Positions 25,312 to 33,787 are shown, numbered from the stretch's first letter. The stretch: DNA of 52,707 nt from a bacterium (GCA_035292085.1 DATDQT010000132.1:1-52707); one strand, 5' to 3'. The notes: generated from the letters alone by a model not told the origin. Made by a program: numbers and translations.

Positions 25312-25551
25312 AAAGGGGTCAGACCCCTTCACAATTTCGTTTTGAAACGAATTCGGACTATGGCATGCGTAGCCCAGATGGTCAAATTCAGCGGCGGGCG
25401 AGTGGGGCGGCCACGAGCGCAGATTGGAGGGCGGCCACCAATTTGAAGGGGTCAGACCCGTTCGTAGCCTAGATGGGTCAATTTCAACTCGTGCCGGCAC
25501 GAGTTCTGTTCGGTAGCCCAACTGAGTCATTCTGCAACTCGCACCGGTGCG
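25312..25551. repeat. composite repeat region upstream of tRNA-Pro (triplicated about 26-nt module plus palindromes)
   Basis: There are three copies of cgtagccCagatggtcaaattcagc (25368-25392), cgtagccTagatgggtcaatttcaac (25463-25488) and cggtagcccaactgagtcattctgcaac (25511-25538). The last two are each followed by a GC palindrome (ctcgtgccggcacgag, cgcaccggtgcg). There are also two copies of (a/g)aaggggtcagaccc at 25312 and 25445. Confidence 0.75.
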
Positions 25552-25560
25552 CGTTGTGGT

Positions 25561-25974
25561 TCATAGCCCGAAGACCCTGTCCAACGCGATGCGGCCCGCA
25601 CCCGTGAAGACGAGTGTGAGTGAGGCGATCATCAGCGCGAATTCGAACTCCCACCCTGTGCCGGTCGGCTCCATGAAGCGGGCCTTCATGATTCGCCGCT
25701 TGACCAGCAGCGTTGCCACCAGCATATCAATGGCCAGCCCGAGTGCCACGATCCGGGTACCCAGGCCCAGGATGAGCAGCGCGGCGCCCGCGCTCTCCAG
25801 AAGCATGACAACCCAACCGAGCAAGCCGGGAAGAGGCACACCTTGCTGCTTCAAAAACCCAATGAAGCCGGCGGGACCCTTCGACGGTCCGCTGGGATTG
25901 AGCTTGAGCCAGGCATGAAAAGGAAAGATGACGCCCAATCCTACCCGCAGAATCAACAATCCCCAGTCCAACAT
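25561..25974 (-). CDS. DoxX family membrane protein
   Basis: ORF 25561..26094 trimmed to ATG 25974 with GGGGGAGGA 5 nt upstream. The product starts MLDWGLLILRVGLGVIFPFHAWLKL..., has 4 TM segments and is 137 aa. Confidence 0.85.
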   Translation of the reverse strand: MLDWGLLILRVGLGVIFPFHAWLKLNPSGPSKGPAGFIGFLKQQGVPLPGLLGWVVMLLESAGAALLILGLGTRIVALGLAIDMLVATLLVKRRIMKARFMEPTGTGWEFEFALMIASLTLVFTGAGRIALDRVFGL

Positions 25975-26049
25975 CCTGTCCTCCCCCGCTAGCTTCCGGT
26001 CGTCACCTCCACCCGGCCGCCGGCGTGCAAGTATCCTAGTTCCTTCTTG

Positions 26050-26090
26050 TAACGAACCAACAGGAAAGCCCCGGCATCTCCGGGGCTTCG
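26050..26090 (-). terminator. rho-independent terminator after the S1 gene
   Basis: The minus strand reads GAAGCCCCGG-AGATG-CCGGGGCTTTC followed by CTGTTGGTTCGTT. It lies 26 nt after the TAG at 26116. Confidence 0.65.
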
Positions 26091-26115
26091 ACACTGCGGT
26101 AGGACTTGCCAGCCG

Positions 26116-27384
26116 CTACGACCCTGAGGGGACCTCCCCTTCCTTCTTCTCGGTCCCGTCACCCTCCGCCGGAGTCGGAGCCGCGTCGCCCTCGGGCTCC
26201 ATTACCTGTCGGAGCAACTCGCCGGCGATGTCGCCGATCGTGACCCGCCCTTCCTCATCCTGGGTCTTCATGAAGTCTTTGACGCGTTTGCGCTCCCGGT
26301 CACGCTCCACTTTCTTGACCGAGAGGAGCATCCGTCGTTCGTCCGGCCGCACGTCGGTGACGACCGCGTCGATCGTCTCGCCGACCTTGGTCGCGTCGTC
26401 GATCTTGCCGATGCGCTTCTCGGAGAACTCGGCGATCGGCACGAACGCATCGAGGTCGCCCAGCCGCACGAATGCCCCCGAGGGGACCGTCCGCACGACC
26501 TTGCCGCGGATGAGATCCCCGGCATGGTAGCGCTCGGCGGCCTGCTGCCAGGGATCGTCGAGGATCTGCTTGAGGCCCAGCGAGATGCGAGCGGCCTCTC
26601 GGTCCATCCGCAGGACGAGCAGGCGCAGCCGCTGGTTCCGGCGCAGCACTTCCGACGGGTGCTTGATGTACGTCCAGGACATCTCGCTGATCGGCAGCAG
26701 CCCGTCGACGCCGCCGAGGTCGATAAACGCGCCGAAATCGGTCAGGCGTTTCACCGTCCCCTCGACGATCTCCCCTTCCTCCAGGGTCTGCAGGACCGTG
26801 GCGCGCTTGGACTTCCGTTCCTCGTCGATGGCCTGCTTATGGGAGAGGATCACCCGCCCCTTGGGCCGGTCGACCTCGATGACTTTCAATGGGATCGACT
26901 GGCCGACGAACCACTCAAAGCGCCGGCCCTTCGCGAGCATGATCTCTACCTGCGACCCGGGCACGAATCCGCGGATGCCGAGGTCGACCACCAGCCCGCC
27001 TTTCACTTTGTCGACGACCATCGCGTGGAGGACCTTGCCGGTGTCCTTCGCGTCGGCCACGCGGCGCCAGGCGGCTTCGAAATCCGCGCGGCGCTTGGAC
27101 AGAACAATCGTGCCCTCTTCTCCCTCCACCCGCATGACCATCACATCGATGCGGTCGCCGACGTTGACCGGCGCGGACTGGGCACCCTGGCGCGAGAGTT
27201 CGCTGAGGGGGACGATCCCCTCCGACTTGGCGCCGACGTCGACGAGCACGCCCTCGTTGTCGACACGTACGACCGTGCCTTGAATGATCTGACGCTCGGC
27301 CAGCGGGGCGACGGCCCCCAGGTCGACGCGGTCGTCTCTGGATTGCTCGGACTGATTGTTCTCGATCATGGGATCAGACTTCAC
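26116..27384 (-). CDS. rpsA: 30S ribosomal protein S1 homologue (four S1 domains, Bacillota type)
   Basis: ORF track 422 aa. It has repeated S1 folds (GTVVRVDNEGVLVDVG, GGLVVDLGIRGFVP, GTVKRLTDFGAFIDLG, GKVVRTVPSGAFVRLG) and an acidic C-terminal tail. The start is either GTG 27384 or ATG 27369. Confidence 0.9.
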   Translation of the reverse strand: MKSDPMIENNQSEQSRDDRVDLGAVAPLAERQIIQGTVVRVDNEGVLVDVGAKSEGIVPLSELSRQGAQSAPVNVGDRIDVMVMRVEGEEGTIVLSKRRADFEAAWRRVADAKDTGKVLHAMVVDKVKGGLVVDLGIRGFVPGSQVEIMLAKGRRFEWFVGQSIPLKVIEVDRPKGRVILSHKQAIDEERKSKRATVLQTLEEGEIVEGTVKRLTDFGAFIDLGGVDGLLPISEMSWTYIKHPSEVLRRNQRLRLLVLRMDREAARISLGLKQILDDPWQQAAERYHAGDLIRGKVVRTVPSGAFVRLGDLDAFVPIAEFSEKRIGKIDDATKVGETIDAVVTDVRPDERRMLLSVKKVERDRERKRVKDFMKTQDEEGRVTIGDIAGELLRQVMEPEGDAAPTPAEGDGTEKKEGEVPSGS

Positions 27385-27512
27385 CTTCGCTGCTGTGTGA
27401 GGGGTTCCTGCCCTCCGCCAGCAGCGCCGTCCGAACGTGTTGTGGAGTGCGCATCATGCGGCCCTCCGCATCTCTCTTCATCTACCTGCTCTCGCTCTCG
27501 ACCGTTCCCATT

Positions 27513-27568
27513 TCTCCGGCTCCGTTTTCCGTTTCTTGTTTCCGGTTCCCGGCTTCCGGTTTCCGGTC
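27513..27568. repeat. 8 x 7-nt tandem repeat (TCCGGTT family)
   Basis: The units are tctccgg ctccgtt ttccgtt tcttgtt tccggtt cccggct tccggtt tccggtc. The array lies immediately 3' of the deacetylase stop and 5' of the S1 gene. It shares the exact 15-mer gtttccggttcccgg with 40345-40359. Confidence 0.8.
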
Positions 27569-28598
27569 AGATGTTCCAATAGTTCCGGACCACTCCACGC
27601 ACCTGTCTGATGCGGTCAGCGATCGCCCGGTGCCCGACTTCCTCCGGTCCCTGCGGCAGTCCGGTAGGACCGGCGCCTCCACCCAGGACGGACAGCGTCG
27701 CCAGGACGCTGTCGGAGAGGTGTGAGAGCTGATAGCCTCCCTCCAGCACGGCGACCATCCGGGTGGACCCGCCCGCCGCCTCGCGGGCGAGCCGCGTCAA
27801 GGTCCCAAAGCCCGCCGTGCTGACCAGCATACCGCCCAGTGGGTCGCCGGCGTGGGCATCGTAGCCCGCGGACACCAACATCAGGTCGGAACGGAAGGCC
27901 CGCCCGAGCGGCACGATCACCTCTTCGAAGACGCGCCGGTACCCCTCGTCGCCGGTGCCCGCGGGGAGCGGAATGTTCACGGTGAACCCCTCCCCGGCGC
28001 CGGAACCCACTTCATCCCACGAGCCCGTGCCGGGATACCAGTGCTCTTGATGTACCGAGACGAAGAGCACCGATCCGTCCCGGTAGAAGATGTCCTGCGT
28101 GCCGTTGCCGTGATGGAGGTCCCAGTCGAGGATCAGAATCCGTTCCGCTCCGTGGCGCAGCCGGGCCGCGACCGCCGCGCAGGCGACGTTGTTGAACAGA
28201 CAGAACCCCATGCCGTGCGATCGCAGGGCATGGTGTCCGGGCGGGCGCACGGCGGCGAACGCCGCGGGGACATCGTGGCCGAACACGCGCGCGACGGCGT
28301 CGGAGGCGGCCCCCGCCGCGGCCCGCGCGGCATCGTACGATGCCGCCGACACGACCGTATCCGGATCGAGCCGGCCGCCGCCCGCTGCGGCGAGGGCCCG
28401 CACCGATGCGACGTACTCCTCTGCATGCACCGCATAGAGGATCTCGTCTGATACCGGTTCGGCCGTCACGCGCAGGAGCGGGATATCGGCGCGGTCTGTA
28501 GCCTCGAGCAGGGCGCGCAGGCGGGCCGGCCGCTCAGGATGGCCGAAGCCCGTGTCGTGGCGGAGGCAGTCGGGATGCGTGACGAACGCGACGGTCAG
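27567..28598 (-). CDS. histone deacetylase / acetoin-utilisation (AcuC-like) family amidohydrolase
   Basis: The track ORF is 27567..28784. The conserved fold begins at VAFVTHPDCLRHDTGFGHPERPARL, and further motifs include PPGHHA, DWDLHHGNGTQ and GGY. I start it at the in-frame CTG 28598, which overlaps the rpe TGA; the only canonical start lies 186 nt inside rpe. Confidence 0.82.
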   Translation of the reverse strand: MTVAFVTHPDCLRHDTGFGHPERPARLRALLEATDRADIPLLRVTAEPVSDEILYAVHAEEYVASVRALAAAGGGRLDPDTVVSAASYDAARAAAGAASDAVARVFGHDVPAAFAAVRPPGHHALRSHGMGFCLFNNVACAAVAARLRHGAERILILDWDLHHGNGTQDIFYRDGSVLFVSVHQEHWYPGTGSWDEVGSGAGEGFTVNIPLPAGTGDEGYRRVFEEVIVPLGRAFRSDLMLVSAGYDAHAGDPLGGMLVSTAGFGTLTRLAREAAGGSTRMVAVLEGGYQLSHLSDSVLATLSVLGGGAGPTGLPQGPEEVGHRAIADRIRQVRGVVRNYWNI

Positions 28599-29311
28599 AC
28601 CGTAACCTCTGACGCCGCCCGGCGCAGCCGGGCGATCGAGGCTTCGATCCCCCCATGGCCCTTGAACACCGCCGACGCCGCGACGAGGACGTCGGCACCG
28701 GCAGCCACGGCCCGGGGGGCCGTGGCATCGTTGATGCCGCCGTCGACCTGGAGATCGATCGATGGGCCGCGCTCGGCGATCCATCCGCGGATCTGCCGGA
28801 CCTTGGGCAGCGCCGATGCGATGAACGCCTGCCCGGCATATCCGGGGTTGACGGTCATCACCAGCGCCATGTCCAGACTGCCGAGGACCGGCGCCAGCAC
28901 GTCCGCCGGCGTCGAGGGGTTGATCGCGACCGCGGCACGGGCACCGAGGTCCTTGATCTGCTGGAGCACGTGGTCCAGGTGGGGGGAAACTTCCGCGTGC
29001 ACGGTCAGCGAGGTGGCGCCGCTCCGCACGCAGGCGCGGAGATGCCGTTCGGGTTCCACAACCATCAGGTGCACGTCGATCGGCAGCCCTGTCACCGCGC
29101 GCACCGCCTCGATGATGACCGGCCCGATGGTGATGTCCGGGACGAACCGTCCATCCATCACGTCCACGTGAATCCAGTCGGCGCCGCCGCGCTCCGCCGC
29201 GGTCACCTCGTCCCCCAGCTTGGAGAAGTCCGCGGCGAGAATGCTCGCGGCGATGCGGACGGCCCTGGCCCCTGACCCACTCGCGGCGCTCGGCGTGGGG
29301 GCATGCGTCAC
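28595..29311 (-). CDS. rpe: ribulose-phosphate 3-epimerase
   Basis: ORF track 238 aa, with SILAADFSKLGDEV, HVDVMDGRFVPDITIG, DVHLMV and VNPGYAGQ. It starts with a GTGA overlap on the prkC stop. Confidence 0.93.
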   Translation of the reverse strand: MTHAPTPSAASGSGARAVRIAASILAADFSKLGDEVTAAERGGADWIHVDVMDGRFVPDITIGPVIIEAVRAVTGLPIDVHLMVVEPERHLRACVRSGATSLTVHAEVSPHLDHVLQQIKDLGARAAVAINPSTPADVLAPVLGSLDMALVMTVNPGYAGQAFIASALPKVRQIRGWIAERGPSIDLQVDGGINDATAPRAVAAGADVLVAASAVFKGHGGIEASIARLRRAASEVTV

Positions 29312-31212
29312 GGCCGGATCTCCTGCACCAGGCGGTTGTCGATGAAGACCTGGATGATGGTGTACCCGCGTGTCCGGATCGTCTCGTTCACCCGGCTGCC
29401 CGGACTCAACGTCCGCTCAAAGGCGATCCGCACGCCGCGTTCATCGATGACCACGATCTTGACCTGCTGCTCGGCGTTCCCCTCGGGGACGACCAGCTGG
29501 ACGCGGGTGACCTTTTCCCCCTCCGGCGACGGCGCCTGCGGCCGGGCGGTGACGACGGGAGATGGCGGCGGCGTCTGCTCTTCGCCGGGCCGGACGCTCA
29601 CGCGCACACTCACGGCGTCCTGGGGCGTGATCTTCGTCCGCGGCGGCGGGGTTTGGTCGACGACGATCCCGGGTTCGAGGTCCGAGGTCGGCACGGTCGT
29701 CACCTCGCGCAGGGTCATGCCCAGTTCCTGCAGCACGCGGCGCGCCTCGGTGAGCGACCGCCCAATCAACTGCGGCATCTCAATAATCCGCCGGCCTTTG
29801 CTCACCAGCAGGTTCACCGGCTGCCCACGGATGATGCGCGCGCCGGGCTGCGGGTCCTGGGAGATGATGAACCCGCTTTTGACCTCGTCGTTGTACGTCT
29901 CGCGCAGTTCGCCGATGCGCAGGCGCGCCTGATCGATCATCACGCGCGCCTCGACGAGCGAGCGCCGTTGAACGTCCGGCACGGCGATCATCTCCGGCCC
30001 GAGGCTGACCACGACGCCGATGACGCGTCCGACTTTCACCTGTTTGCCCGGCGGCTGGTCCTGGGAGACGACGGCGCCGGCTGGGACGGTGGGACTGTAG
30101 GCCTCTTCGATGAGCTCCACCCGCAGCCGGGCCTCGGCGGCGAGCCGGGCGGCGACGCTGTACGGTTTGCCGACGAGCGAGGGGACGATCACTTCCGGCA
30201 CGTTCAGGTAACTGCTGAACGCCCGCCATCCGCCCCATCCCCCGCCGGCGATGACGACGAGGAGGGCCAGCGCCACCAGCCACGGCGACACGCGCATCGC
30301 TCGACGGACGGCCGGGGCGGCGCCGCCGGCCGGCCGGAGCACCATCGTCGCCGGCGTGTCCTCGATCTGGGCCGCCGCGGGGAGACGCCACCGGTCGTTG
30401 GCGCCGGTCAGATCCTCCCGCATCTCCTCGGCGCTCGCATACCGCCCCTGGGGGGACTTGGCGAGGGCTTTGAGGATGATCCCATTCACCCGGTCCGGCA
30501 CCGAGGGCGCCAGCTGCTGGGGCGGGACGGGCTCTTCGTGGATGTGCTTGATCGCAATGGCCACCGCGCTGTCGCCGTCAAACGGCAGCCGTCCGGTGAC
30601 CATCTCGTAGAGCACGACCCCCAGGCCGTAGATGTCGGCGGCGGTGCCCACCTCGGCGCCGCTGGCCTGCTCCGGCGACAGGTACTGGACCGACCCCAGC
30701 ACGGTGCCGGTCTGCGTGATGGTCGCCGCGCTCGTGGCGCGGGCGATGCCGAAGTCGGTGACCTTCACCCCACCGTCGTCCGTCAGCAGGATGTTCTGCG
30801 GTTTGATGTCACGGTGGATCACGCCGTGGGCGTGGGCGTACCCCAGGACCTCGCAGACCTGCGCGGCGATCGCGACGGCGTCGGCGACGGGCACCGGCCC
30901 GTGGCGGCGGATCAACTGCTTGAGGTTGACGCCGGGAATGTACTCCATCGCGATGAAGTGCACGCTGCCGTCACGGCCGCTGTCGATGAGACGCACCATG
31001 TGCGGGTGCGCCAGGGCGCTGACCGCCCGGGCTTCGCGCTCGAACCGCTCGACAAATTCCGCATCCGCCGCGTACTGCTCACGCAGGATCTTCAAGGCGA
31101 TGATCTGCCCGTCGGCGAGGCGGCGGGCGGTGAACACCGAGGCCATCCCCCCGTCGCCGATGCGCTGGAGGATCTCGTACTGCTGGGCGATGACCTTCCC
31201 GGTGGCAATCAC
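29308..31212 (-). CDS. prkC: PASTA-domain Ser/Thr protein kinase
   Basis: ORF track 634 aa, GTG start. The Hanks kinase domain shows GDGGMASVF, HRDIKPQNIL, DFGIA and SPEQ. It has one TM segment, then three PASTA repeats and a C-terminal beta domain. Confidence 0.93.
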   Translation of the reverse strand: MIATGKVIAQQYEILQRIGDGGMASVFTARRLADGQIIALKILREQYAADAEFVERFEREARAVSALAHPHMVRLIDSGRDGSVHFIAMEYIPGVNLKQLIRRHGPVPVADAVAIAAQVCEVLGYAHAHGVIHRDIKPQNILLTDDGGVKVTDFGIARATSAATITQTGTVLGSVQYLSPEQASGAEVGTAADIYGLGVVLYEMVTGRLPFDGDSAVAIAIKHIHEEPVPPQQLAPSVPDRVNGIILKALAKSPQGRYASAEEMREDLTGANDRWRLPAAAQIEDTPATMVLRPAGGAAPAVRRAMRVSPWLVALALLVVIAGGGWGGWRAFSSYLNVPEVIVPSLVGKPYSVAARLAAEARLRVELIEEAYSPTVPAGAVVSQDQPPGKQVKVGRVIGVVVSLGPEMIAVPDVQRRSLVEARVMIDQARLRIGELRETYNDEVKSGFIISQDPQPGARIIRGQPVNLLVSKGRRIIEMPQLIGRSLTEARRVLQELGMTLREVTTVPTSDLEPGIVVDQTPPPRTKITPQDAVSVRVSVRPGEEQTPPPSPVVTARPQAPSPEGEKVTRVQLVVPEGNAEQQVKIVVIDERGVRIAFERTLSPGSRVNETIRTRGYTIIQVFIDNRLVQEIRP

Positions 31213-31223
31213 GCCGGCGTCCC

Positions 31224-31295
31224 CACTCGACTCGCCGCTAATGCGGCTCGCTCGTGGCCTACGGCCGCGGATGGAGACCCATTGCGAGTCGAGTG
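31224..31295 (-). other. perfect 12-bp inverted repeat enclosing two small GC hairpins (putative structured RNA between rlmN and prkC)
   Basis: cactcgactcgc (31224-31235) pairs with gcgagtcgagtg (31284-31295). Inside are GCCGC-TAAT-GCGGC and GGCC-TAC-GGCC hairpins. The element ends 11 nt before the prkC GTG on the transcribed strand. Confidence 0.5.
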
Positions 31296-31326
31296 TCCTG
31301 AGCGAGCGTAGCGAGTCGAAGGGTCG

Positions 31327-32415
31327 CTAACCATGGCTCGTTGCCAGACTGTCCGCGTGGGTCCGGCGCAGTTGTCCGCACGCCGCGTCAATCTCGATGC
31401 CGCGCTCCACCCGTACGGTGACCGCCACCCCGCGGCGCCGGACGGCGGCGGCGAACGCGTCGACGCGCCGCCGCGGCGGGCGCCGGTACTGCAGTCCGTA
31501 CACCGGATTCCAGGGAATGAGGTTGACGTGATACATCGCCGGTGAGACGCCCGCGTCGGCGGTGGATGCCAGGAGCTCGCCGAGTGCTGCGCCCAGGTCC
31601 GCCGTGTCGTTGACCCCTTCCATCAGGACGTACTCGAAGGAAATCCGCCGCCGTGTCATCGTCACGTAGTCGGCGCTGGCCGCCAGGAGTTCGGCGACCG
31701 GCCACCGGCGGTTGACCGGGACCAGGGACGTGCGCAGGGCGTCATTGGGCGCGTGCAGCGACACCGCCAGGGTCAGCTGCAGCCGTTCGGCGGCCAGCCG
31801 GCGGATCTGCGGCACGAGGCCGACGGTTGACACCGTGAGCTGGCGCATGCCGATCCCGGCCCCGTAGGGGGCGTTGAGCAGCCGGACCGCCTTCAGCGTC
31901 GCCTCGTAGTTCGCCAGCGGTTCCCCCATGCCCATGAACACCACGTTGGTCGGCCGCTCGCCCCGCTCGCGCCACACGTGGAGCACCTGGTCGACGATCT
32001 CGCCGGCGGTGAGGTTGCGGGTCAGCCCGGCGAGACCGGTCGCACAGAAGGTACAGCCCATCGCGCACCCGACCTGCGTCGAGATGCACACGCTGCGGCG
32101 CCCGTCCTCATAGCGCATGAAAACGGTCTCGACGGTCGGCCCATCGGCAAGCCGGAGGAGGTACTTCACGGTGTCGCCGCCGTCCGCGGACACCTCGGCG
32201 ACCGGCGCCAACGTGGTCAGCTGTGCCCGGGCCGCGAGCGTGCGCCGCAGGTCCGCCGGCAGGTCGGTCATTTCATCAAAGGACGTCGCGCCGCGCTGGT
32301 ACAGCCAGTGGGCCAGCTGCCGTCCGCGGTAGGCCGGCGCGCCGAGCGTGAGCGCAAACTGCTCCAGCTCGCTCAGCGAGCGGCCGTGCAGTTCGAAGAG
32401 ATCAGCGCTGTGCAT
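31327..32415 (-). CDS. rlmN: 23S rRNA/tRNA adenine-C2 methyltransferase RlmN (radical SAM)
   Basis: ORF 31327..32454 trimmed to ATG 32415 (MHSADLFELHGRSLSELEQFALTLGAPAYRGRQL...). The radical-SAM cluster motif is CAMGCTFCATG. The product is 362 aa. Confidence 0.93.
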   Translation of the reverse strand: MHSADLFELHGRSLSELEQFALTLGAPAYRGRQLAHWLYQRGATSFDEMTDLPADLRRTLAARAQLTTLAPVAEVSADGGDTVKYLLRLADGPTVETVFMRYEDGRRSVCISTQVGCAMGCTFCATGLAGLTRNLTAGEIVDQVLHVWRERGERPTNVVFMGMGEPLANYEATLKAVRLLNAPYGAGIGMRQLTVSTVGLVPQIRRLAAERLQLTLAVSLHAPNDALRTSLVPVNRRWPVAELLAASADYVTMTRRRISFEYVLMEGVNDTADLGAALGELLASTADAGVSPAMYHVNLIPWNPVYGLQYRRPPRRRVDAFAAAVRRRGVAVTVRVERGIEIDAACGQLRRTHADSLATSHG

Positions 32416-33781
32416 CGATCGGCCTGCGGCGCAGCCTGGCGATGAAGAAACCATCGGTTCCCTGGCGGTGCGGCCACACCGACATCATACCCAAATCAGG
32501 CCTGCCGGTCGGCACCACTCCCTCCATCGGCGGCAGGGGGTCAGGTACGAAGTCGCGCCGCGCCTCCAGGAACGACGCGACCACGGCGGCGCCTTCCTCC
32601 GGTTCGGTGGTACACACGCTGTACACGAGGAGACCGCCCGGCCGCACGGCGCCGGCGGCGCCGGCGAGGATCTGTCCCTGCAAGGCCGCCAGCGCCGCAA
32701 TGTCGTCGGGCCGAAGGCGCCACTTGATGTCGGGGCGCCGCCGGATAACCCCCAGACCGGTGCAGGGGGCATCGACCAGCACGCGGTCCGCCAGGTCGGG
32801 ATAGGTCTGGCCGAGCACGCGTGCGTCGAGGACGTGCGGCTCGATGATCGATGCCCCGCCGGCGGCCGCGCGGCGGACGGCCGCGGCGAGCTTTCGTTCG
32901 TGGACATCGCACGCCAGCACCCGGCCGGAATCGGCCATCCGCTCGACGATGTGCGTCGTCTTGCCTCCCGGTGCCGCGCAGGCGTCGATGACCGTCTCGC
33001 CGGGCTGGGGGTCGAGGATGTGCGTGACCAGCATCGCGCCCAGGTCCTGCACCGTGAGCCATCCCGCGGCGGCCAGACGGCGGCGTTCGGTGAACTCTCC
33101 GCGGACCTCAATCCCTTCAGGGAGGACCGTCGGCAGCACCGTGGCGCCGGCGGCGCGGAGCCGGCCGATCAGGTCCTCCGGCGTGCCGCGCAGGAGATTG
33201 AGGCGCACGTGCAGCGGAGCCGGCAGGTTGTCGGCGGCGCACAGCGCCGCCGTGTCCTCGACGCCTATCCGCGCAATCCACCGCCGCACCAGCCACTCGG
33301 GGTGAGAGTGTTCGACGGCGATCCGGGTCACCGCATCGGCGGCCGGCGGGAGCGGGCGTTCGCCGGACGAGGCGATGCGGCGGAGCACGGCGTTGACCAG
33401 CGCCGCCGTGCCGGCGTGGCCGTGCGCTTTGGCGAGCTCGACGGCCTGATGGATCGCGGCGCGTGCCGGGATGCGGGACAGGAACAGCACCTGGTAGGCG
33501 CCGGTACGGAGGATGGCCCGGATCGGCGGCGGCAGATCGTCCAGTGGATGCGCGGCGACGCCCTGCAAGGTCCAGTCGAGCCGGCGGCGGTGGCGGAGCA
33601 CGCCCAGCACGAGTTCGGTCGCCAGCGCGGCATCCGCGGCCGGCAGCCGCGCGCGGTCAAGGCGGTGATGGAGCAGGATGTTGGCGAAGGCCCCGCCGCG
33701 ATCGACGCGGACGAGGATGTCCACCGCGACGTCGCGCGCAGACGGACGATCCGGCCGGGCGGAACGGACCGTCCGGCGCAC
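32402..33781 (-). CDS. rsmB: 16S rRNA (cytosine967-C5)-methyltransferase RsmB/Sun
   Basis: ORF track 459 aa. It has a NusB-like N-domain, then DACAAPGGKT, DAPCTGLGVIRRRPD and YSVCT. Confidence 0.92.
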   Translation of the reverse strand: MRRTVRSARPDRPSARDVAVDILVRVDRGGAFANILLHHRLDRARLPAADAALATELVLGVLRHRRRLDWTLQGVAAHPLDDLPPPIRAILRTGAYQVLFLSRIPARAAIHQAVELAKAHGHAGTAALVNAVLRRIASSGERPLPPAADAVTRIAVEHSHPEWLVRRWIARIGVEDTAALCAADNLPAPLHVRLNLLRGTPEDLIGRLRAAGATVLPTVLPEGIEVRGEFTERRRLAAAGWLTVQDLGAMLVTHILDPQPGETVIDACAAPGGKTTHIVERMADSGRVLACDVHERKLAAAVRRAAAGGASIIEPHVLDARVLGQTYPDLADRVLVDAPCTGLGVIRRRPDIKWRLRPDDIAALAALQGQILAGAAGAVRPGGLLVYSVCTTEPEEGAAVVASFLEARRDFVPDPLPPMEGVVPTGRPDLGMMSVWPHRQGTDGFFIARLRRRPIDAQR

Positions 33782-33787
33782 AGCGCG

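Noticed and set aside
25282-25530. An 82-aa minus-strand ORF in the tRNA-Pro / DoxX gap.
   Set aside because: It runs straight through the triplicated repeat modules and palindromes, has no SD and A/T-rich third positions, and shows no recognisable family. It is most likely non-coding.
27567-28784. The long (405-aa) form of the deacetylase starting at 28784.
   Set aside because: It would overlap rpe by 190 nt in another frame, and the extra 62 residues are Arg/Pro/Gly junk. The conserved fold starts right after the rpe stop (see the CTGA finding).
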